Shown: one piece after another, positions 26,411 to 32,409 of the stretch
How the letters are laid out: every line of letters begins with the position of its first letter
Numbering within the stretch: position 1 is the first letter of the stretch
Source of the DNA: a bacterium
GTDB lineage: Bacteria; Babelota; Babeliae; Babelales; JAUWHS01
DNA: 32,409 nucleotides
Direction of reading: 5' to 3'
NCBI GenBank assembly: GCA_043818275.1
Contig: JBDRFY010000006.1
Span: 1 to 32,409, forward strand
Made by a program: the position numbers and the translations under genes
Notes under the pieces: generated by a model
Databases searched by the model: none
What the model was told of the DNA's origin: nothing
What the model saw: the letters and a program-made list of their open reading frames with translations, nothing else

Positions 26411-28567
26411 TCAAACTGGTAACAAAATTTGAAATGCTGCGCCATGATTTGTTTGTATTAATTTAATTTTTCCATTTAATTGAATAATAATATCATGAAC
26501 AATGGCCAAACCTAGCCCCATATTTTTTTTACTACCAGAAACATACGGTAAAAACAATTTATCTCTTACATCCCTGGGAATGCCCGGCCCATTATCTGAA
26601 ACTAAAAGTTCTATATAATTCAATCCCTTTTTAAAACTGGTTTTTAGCTGAATAGCCGGTTTATATTTTTGAATATTAGTTTGATCTTTAACAATTAACT
26701 CATTTGCAGCCCGAACACTATTATCAATTAAATTTACCAAAACCCTTTTTATTTTTTTTCTGTCTAATTTAATAAGAGGTAAATATTCTTCTAAGTTATA
26801 TGTAATTTCAAAATTTGGATAACTCATTTCATAAAGAACTGTTGTTTCTTTTATCAATTTATTTATATCAACAGACTCCAGATTGCTTGCCGGCATGCTT
26901 GATAAATTAGAAAAATGAGAAACAAGATCCTTTATAATTTTTACATGATTTAAAATTGTATCGGTACATTCAATTGAGGTTAAATCCTCTTTTTGTTCTT
27001 TTTTTAATTTCCTTTGCAGTCTTTGTGTTGCAAGTTGAATTGGTGTTAATGGATTTTTAATTTCATGAGCAATTTGTTTGGCCGCTTCCTGCCAGGTCTT
27101 AATTTTATTGGCTTTTACAATATCTGTTAAATCCTCTAAAACAACAAGTAAGCCCCGTTGAGAAAACTGATAATAATTTTCTATAAATGTTAAATAAACC
27201 ATAAACGTTTTCGGTTCTGTCTGAAAGACAAAAGATATCTCTTTAGACAACTGATTCTTTCCAGATTTAATAAGCTCTCTTGATAATTCCCAAAAAACTT
27301 TTTGTATTTGTGGACCAAAAAAATTTATTTTCTTATTTTTAAACCTGTTTAATTCAAGATATTTTTGGACCAAATCCTTTGAAGCATTATTATATGTTAA
27401 AATTCTTCCAAATTTATTAACAAAAAAAACAGCCGCCTTTATATTTTCCAAAATTGCAGACATTTCCTTATTTTTTGATTCAAGTTTTCCATGAACATCT
27501 TTCAAGGCTGTTGTCATCTCGTTAAAGCCATAAAATAAACTCTTAAGATCATTTCCCGGATCACAAGAAACTTTTACATCCAACTCTCCTTTACGAATTT
27601 TTTCTATCGCAGCCAAAAGATCCTGAATTGGTTTACTTATCCCCTTTGCCAAATAAAAAGCGGACCACAAAGATAAAAATAGAATTAAAAGAGTTATTAA
27701 AATAAATGTTATTAAATAACTCCAAATAATTGGATTATGCAAAACTTTTAATTCCTGATAATCATAATAAGAATTCTGAATCTCTATTAATGAATCACGA
27801 ATAACGGGTGGATATCTATGTACAAGAATCAAATAATCATCTTTAAAACTCTTAACCCAATAAAGAGAACCAAAAAAATCAAAAACTTTTTCCTGACCAT
27901 CTTTTAAATTAGTTATTTTTTTAAAAAAATATTTACGCAATGACTTTGTCGACCGGTCAGTAGTTTTTCTATAACTTCTCCAGACATTAACTTCAGCCGA
28001 CAATGAACCATAATTTTTTTGACCAACCTTTTTCCATTCATAAATTTGAAAATTTTTAAACATTGGTATTTTTTCAACAGAATCTAAGGATGTATTATCA
28101 ACAAAATAATTAAATAAACCATTTCCACAATTTTTTATATTATCTCTTTGTTCTTTCGTCTGAATTTCATGTAAATGCAAACTGTTTCTGATGCCAAAAC
28201 CAATTCGCGCGTCAAACCAGCTATCAATATTTTTTGTAATCAATCTGCTTGCAATAAAAAATACAAAAACTGTAGGAATAACAGAAAAAATAATAAACGA
28301 ATATAAAAGATTTTTTTTAAAAAGAGATCCCGGAACTTTTTTCTTACGCTCAACAATCAGTTTTACACTTTGTCTAATTATCAGATAAAGCAAAATAGTC
28401 AGAAAAATTATATTTAGATTGATAAAAAAGAAAATTAAAACTTTGTTAATTCCAAAACCAACAAATTGTTGTTTTTTTTGCAACAGCAAGCCAAACCAGC
28501 TAAATAAAAAAATCGATATAGTTGATAGTAAAATTACAAAAAAACGTTTATACCTGCTGCTTATCAT
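26411..28567 (-). CDS. NtrY-like sensor histidine kinase (TM-HAMP-PAS-HisKA-HATPase)
   Basis: N-terminal TMs with 'IDSWF', HAMP, WQEAAKQIAHEIKNPLTPIQL, NLIDNS, DNGPGI and GLGLAIV. Confidence 0.9.
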   Translation of the reverse strand: MISSRYKRFFVILLSTISIFLFSWFGLLLQKKQQFVGFGINKVLIFFFINLNIIFLTILLYLIIRQSVKLIVERKKKVPGSLFKKNLLYSFIIFSVIPTVFVFFIASRLITKNIDSWFDARIGFGIRNSLHLHEIQTKEQRDNIKNCGNGLFNYFVDNTSLDSVEKIPMFKNFQIYEWKKVGQKNYGSLSAEVNVWRSYRKTTDRSTKSLRKYFFKKITNLKDGQEKVFDFFGSLYWVKSFKDDYLILVHRYPPVIRDSLIEIQNSYYDYQELKVLHNPIIWSYLITFILITLLILFLSLWSAFYLAKGISKPIQDLLAAIEKIRKGELDVKVSCDPGNDLKSLFYGFNEMTTALKDVHGKLESKNKEMSAILENIKAAVFFVNKFGRILTYNNASKDLVQKYLELNRFKNKKINFFGPQIQKVFWELSRELIKSGKNQLSKEISFVFQTEPKTFMVYLTFIENYYQFSQRGLLVVLEDLTDIVKANKIKTWQEAAKQIAHEIKNPLTPIQLATQRLQRKLKKEQKEDLTSIECTDTILNHVKIIKDLVSHFSNLSSMPASNLESVDINKLIKETTVLYEMSYPNFEITYNLEEYLPLIKLDRKKIKRVLVNLIDNSVRAANELIVKDQTNIQKYKPAIQLKTSFKKGLNYIELLVSDNGPGIPRDVRDKLFLPYVSGSKKNMGLGLAIVHDIIIQLNGKIKLIQTNHGAAFQILLPV

Positions 28568-28596
28568 GTATATAATTCCAATAATTTTATAATTCT

Positions 28597-28829
28597 ATCA
28601 CCCCATCAAATGGGGTGATGTTAATTTGCATAACCTTACCACGGGTTAAAACCCGAGGCTATTATCTATAACCCCTAATTGGGTTAATCAGAATGTTTCA
28701 AAGTTCACAATTAGGGTAAATTTTTAAAATATTGCTTTAGCAGTCCTGTTAAGGACTAAAGAAAGTAGCCTCGGGTTTTAACCCGTGGTAAAAAATTCAA
28801 CACAAATAACTCGTGCCATTTTATGGTAC
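28597..28829. repeat. Composite REPIN-like palindrome cluster
   Basis: 26-bp perfect inverted repeat TTACCACGGGTTAAAACCCGAGGCTA (28636-28661) / 28766-28791, where the right arm is GTAG-tagged. Inner hairpins are AACCC-CTAATT-GGGTT and AGTCCT-GTTA-AGGACT. Outer hairpins are ATCACCCCAT-CAA-ATGGGGTGAT (28597-28619) and GTGCCAT-TTT-ATGGTAC (28813-28829). Confidence 0.9.
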
Positions 28830-28836
28830 AAAAGAT

Positions 28837-30591
28837 TCATTTCACAATTTTAATATGTAAATCCTTTAATTGTTTTTCATCAACGATAGCCGGTGAATCA
28901 GTCATCAAGTCTTTACCTTTTGTTGTTTTTGGAAAAGTAATAACATCAGAAATTGAATTGGTTTTTCCTAAAATCATAATTAAACGATCAATTCCAAAAG
29001 CAAGTCCCCCATGAGGAGGAAAGCCATATTCCTGAGCTTCAAGTAAAAATCCAAATTGTTCTTTTGCTATTTTTTCATCGATACCTAAAAGATTGAAAAC
29101 TTTAAGCTGTGTTTTGGCATCATGAATACGAATTGAACCTCCACCCAACTCTTCACCATTGCAAACAAGATCATAAGCTCGAGCTTTAATCTCTTCCGGT
29201 TTTAAATTTTGCCAATCTTTTTGAGGACTTGTAAATGGGTGATGTGTTGCATAAAAACGCTTGTCTTGCTCGTTCCATTCAAGAAGTGGAAAATCTGTAA
29301 TCCATGCAAAATTAAATTCATCCTGATTAATTAAATTTAATTCTTTTGCCAACTCAAGTCTTAATCTACCCAAAACATCCCATGCTTTTTTAAACTGATC
29401 CGCAACAATAAAAATTGTATCTTTATTTGTTAAATTTTTAAAAACTGTTTTTAACTGACTAAAAAAATCTTTTGGTAAAAATTTTGCAATACTTGAATCA
29501 ACAGAATTATCATCTTTAAATTTTAAAACAACCAACCCACCACAACCAAAATCTTTTGTTTTTTGAGTCCATTTATCAATTTCAGACCGACTAAAATTCT
29601 TATTATCAATTTTTATCGCGCCAATTTTTCCATCATTATCAATAACTGTTTTTAAAAATTTAAGATCTATTTTTTCAAAAATTTTAGTTAAATCTTTAAT
29701 TGACATATCAAAACGTAAATCAGGTTTATCGCAACCATATTCATTAAAAGCCTGTTCATAAGTCATTCGTTTAAATGGCGCGCTTATTTTTTTGCCTAAA
29801 ATTTTCTGCCAAACATGACAAATTAAACCTTCACAAATATTTTGAATATCTTGCTCAGAAATAAAAGACATCTCCATATCAAGCTGTGTAAATTCAGGTT
29901 GCCTGTTGGACCTAAAGTCTTCGTCTCTAAAACATCGGGCAATCTGAAAATATTTGTCCATTTCAGCGCACATTAAAAGTTGTTTAAAAACTTGCGGTGA
30001 TTGGGGTAAGGCATAAAAGGTTCCTGTATGCAAACGAGATGGAACTAAAAAATCCCGCGCGCCCTCAGGTGTACTTTTAGCTAAAATTGGAGTTTCTATT
30101 TCATAGAATTCCAGATTTTGTAAATATTCACGAACTGCAAAAATTGTATTATTTCTTAATTTTGTAAGTTCTTGCATCCTTGATCTACGTAAATCAAGAT
30201 AACGATATTTTAATCTTAACTCTTCATCAACATTTGAATCATCATCTATTGGAAAGGGTGGTGTTTTAGATTCACTTAAAATTTTCAGTTCTTTAACTTT
30301 TAACTCAAATAATCCGGTACTTATTTTTTCATTGGGCTGACTTCGTTTTACAACTTCCCCCGCAACAGCAACTACAAATTCCGATCTCAATTTATGCGCT
30401 AATTCTGTTGCCTGATCAGAATCTTTTGGATCAAAAACAATCTGCATAATTCCGGTTCTATCTCTTAGGTCAACAAAAATCAACTGACCTAAATCTCTTC
30501 TTCTATTAACCCAACCACACAAATTAATCTGTTTATTTAAATATTTTTCATCGACCTGTCCACAATAAACAGTCCGAACATTTTTTAACAT
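28837..30591 (-). CDS. aspS: Aspartate--tRNA ligase
   Basis: GWVNRRRDLG, RLKYRYLDLR, STPEGARDFLVP, QIARCFRDED, RQPEFTQLD, GGSIRIH and PPHGGLAFGIDR. Confidence 0.98.
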   Translation of the reverse strand: MLKNVRTVYCGQVDEKYLNKQINLCGWVNRRRDLGQLIFVDLRDRTGIMQIVFDPKDSDQATELAHKLRSEFVVAVAGEVVKRSQPNEKISTGLFELKVKELKILSESKTPPFPIDDDSNVDEELRLKYRYLDLRRSRMQELTKLRNNTIFAVREYLQNLEFYEIETPILAKSTPEGARDFLVPSRLHTGTFYALPQSPQVFKQLLMCAEMDKYFQIARCFRDEDFRSNRQPEFTQLDMEMSFISEQDIQNICEGLICHVWQKILGKKISAPFKRMTYEQAFNEYGCDKPDLRFDMSIKDLTKIFEKIDLKFLKTVIDNDGKIGAIKIDNKNFSRSEIDKWTQKTKDFGCGGLVVLKFKDDNSVDSSIAKFLPKDFFSQLKTVFKNLTNKDTIFIVADQFKKAWDVLGRLRLELAKELNLINQDEFNFAWITDFPLLEWNEQDKRFYATHHPFTSPQKDWQNLKPEEIKARAYDLVCNGEELGGGSIRIHDAKTQLKVFNLLGIDEKIAKEQFGFLLEAQEYGFPPHGGLAFGIDRLIMILGKTNSISDVITFPKTTKGKDLMTDSPAIVDEKQLKDLHIKIVK

Positions 30592-30672
30592 TTTTAAACT
30601 CCGTTTAATTTAGTTTTTTATTTTATAAATAATGTTTTATAAAGATATATTGTAACATTTTTATTGCAAAAC

Positions 30673-30705
30673 AAAAAAAAGGCCTGAGAATAATTTCTCT
30701 GGCCT
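30673..30705 (-). terminator. Rho-independent terminator of the outer-membrane protein gene
   Basis: AGGCC-T-GAGAA / TTCTC-T-GGCCT stem, followed by a T run on the minus strand. Confidence 0.75.
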
Positions 30706-30726
30706 AAATTCTTAAATATAAATTAT

Positions 30727-32409
30727 TTAAAATTCATATTTTATACCAATATCCATAAAATATGCAGTATCATCGCCTAATCTATAATCAGCAAGATTTA
30801 CTTGCCCTCTTGTCTGCGCATCCAAGCTACTAAATACATTAGGATATCCATAAAGAGGAACACCCTTTATATCTTTATAAAATCCACCAGGAATAAATGC
30901 GGCCAAAGTGGCATAAAACATTAAATCCGGCAAAGGCTTTGTTTCCATAATTATATTTAATTCTGTTCCAAGATATTTACTTGCCTCTGAGTTTGGAACA
31001 ACACCTTTGGAAAAATTTTCCCTATATTCAGGCGCCCCATCCTTAGCTTTGGTAACATCATATTTTAATGAACCTGATGTTCTCCAAAAAAACAATGCGT
31101 TCGGATTTATTCTTACTTTTTTCGAACTTGTTATTTTTGGTTTCCAGTTAAGACCAAAACCAATACTTTGCAAATTACTAAAATGATCATCAACATAAAC
31201 TTTTTTCGTATCCGAAGTTAAAGATAATGGTTGTGGAATAATTTTTTCACTCAACAGGAATACGCTTGGAACTCTTTTCCCTGCGTACCATTCATTTATA
31301 CCAATAAAATCATTGTAACGAGTATTTTTTTCTGTCTCATGCGGATTACTGTCTCCAGAAGCATACGCATAAGCAAGAGCAATTCTTAAATTCCATGGTT
31401 TAATTAAATATGAAGTGTCAGCCAAAGCAAAAAAACCACAAAGATCATGTTCTATTAATGGACGAAATCTATCTGTTGCGTCAGTATATGTTCCATCATT
31501 TCTTTTTGTTCCATCATATCTGCTTTCCATTACATAATTTTCACTTCCAGCATTTAAAGGGGCTGAAATATTATTCGCATTAACTGTAACTTTATTATAA
31601 GTCTCCCTTAATAATCCCTGATTATGAATATTTGCATTAGCAGAATCGAATGCGGAATCTTTATTGGAACCCCAAATATCTGGATTAGATGATCCATTAT
31701 GATCCCAGCGCTTTAATTCAACAATATTTCTGTCAATTGGATATAAACGTTCATAACCTGTATTAATTGCCGCTTCAGCTCCAAATTCAAATCCATTTTT
31801 TTTATATTCAAGATTTAAACCAAAAGTACAAAGCAGCACTGTCGCGTCATCCTTAAACTCTACTTTCTGATCAGACGCATCAAGATATAAACCATAAGGT
31901 TGCAAATTTAGTTTTCCAATTTTTTCATTATTAAAAGGAGTCCATACAAATTGGGCCGCAAGCAAATCCACATCCTTTGCAACACCACTCCATGGATTTG
32001 TTCTGCGGTCAGTCTGATTTATTTTATTTGTATTGTATGTATCCCAAATACTTGAACCACTTTCTTCTATTTTTGAATAGTAAAGATTATACAATAATTT
32101 ATCTTTTATTAATTCACCATCTAAAAGAATGCCGGCCGCGTATTTATCTTCCGCCCTGCTGTAAACGCCAAGATAGTCTTTTGATGAACCATAACTGCTA
32201 CCATATGATATTCCGCGTCCAAGCTTGAAAGGAAACCAGCCTATTTTAAAAAAATGAAGCTTATCTGAATCAAAACCAAAAACAGAATTTAAACTAAATT
32301 GAATCCAGGCTGTTCTAAACCAAATCATTGGCCTTGAAGTTGGATGTTTGTGGGAACCTAAAGAAGCCTGATCAGCTTTTACATCTTCCGCTACAGATTC
32401 AGCATATGT
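30727..32409 (-). CDS. Large outer-membrane beta-barrel protein (alginate-export-like), 5' end outside the window
   Basis: The frame stays open upstream of the listed Met to the window end (TYAESVAEDVKADQASLGSHKHPTSRP-MIW). It has amphipathic aromatic strands, YAYASGD and YLGTELN motifs, and a C-terminal beta-signal IGIKYEF. Confidence 0.75.
   Translation of the reverse strand, partial: TYAESVAEDVKADQASLGSHKHPTSRPMIWFRTAWIQFSLNSVFGFDSDKLHFFKIGWFPFKLGRGISYGSSYGSSKDYLGVYSRAEDKYAAGILLDGELIKDKLLYNLYYSKIEESGSSIWDTYNTNKINQTDRRTNPWSGVAKDVDLLAAQFVWTPFNNEKIGKLNLQPYGLYLDASDQKVEFKDDATVLLCTFGLNLEYKKNGFEFGAEAAINTGYERLYPIDRNIVELKRWDHNGSSNPDIWGSNKDSAFDSANANIHNQGLLRETYNKVTVNANNISAPLNAGSENYVMESRYDGTKRNDGTYTDATDRFRPLIEHDLCGFFALADTSYLIKPWNLRIALAYAYASGDSNPHETEKNTRYNDFIGINEWYAGKRVPSVFLLSEKIIPQPLSLTSDTKKVYVDDHFSNLQSIGFGLNWKPKITSSKKVRINPNALFFWRTSGSLKYDVTKAKDGAPEYRENFSKGVVPNSEASKYLGTELNIIMETKPLPDLMFYATLAAFIPGGFYKDIKGVPLYGYPNVFSSLDAQTRGQVNLADYRLGDDTAYFMDIGIKYEF

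Noticed and set aside
12138..32228. Remaining short nested or antisense ORFs in the track (for example 12487-12831, 16690-16908, 20197-20508, 20810-21439, 22949-23227, 26013-26264, 28191-28388, 31977-32228)
   Set aside because: They lie entirely within well-supported genes and show no recognisable motifs.
1..32409. CRISPR array
   Set aside because: The palindromic repeats are dispersed inverted pairs, not regularly spaced direct repeats, and no cas genes are present.
1..32409. Alternative genetic code (TGA read-through)
   Set aside because: Conserved genes are full length in code 11, and aspS, tamB and the kinase end properly at TGA.

Overview
A very AT-rich bacterial chromosomal segment in the standard genetic code. 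Diderm envelope genes and secreted ankyrin and orphan proteins suggest Candidatus Dependentiae/Babelota (TM6), but this is inference from gene content only. The backbone is housekeeping and envelope genes: a TMEM43-like gene, a GspE/PilB ATPase, a frameshifted pseudopilin, a TamB-like protein, a PLD-family enzyme, RluD, MgtE, tRNA-Lys, tRNA-Glu, an MscK-like channel, a RecO-like protein, a degenerate NamZ/DUF1343 protein, an MltA-like protein, a membrane pyrophosphatase, PBP1A, HIT, FKBP, an NtrY-like kinase, AspS and a truncated beta-barrel protein. The most interesting material is intergenic. (1) After the two tRNAs lies a repeated unit: a hairpin, then a GIY-YIG gene or its decayed 3' end, then a leader, then a cargo gene. 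There is one intact GIY-YIG gene and two unannotated 3' remnants, and each remnant's GTGATAAT lies exactly 60 nt before the next ATG. This suggests a GIY-YIG/palindrome-linked gene-capture array. (2) A 246-bp MITE with 19-bp terminal inverted repeats and a 7-bp target duplication sits in the loop of a REP palindrome and carries its own REP doublet. (3) At least four families of palindromic repeat occur. (4) The window starts inside a probable IS200/IS605 TnpA with its end hairpin. The secretion/pilus operon has two lesions: an A7 frameshift in the pseudopilin and an Asp-box D-to-G change in the ATPase.
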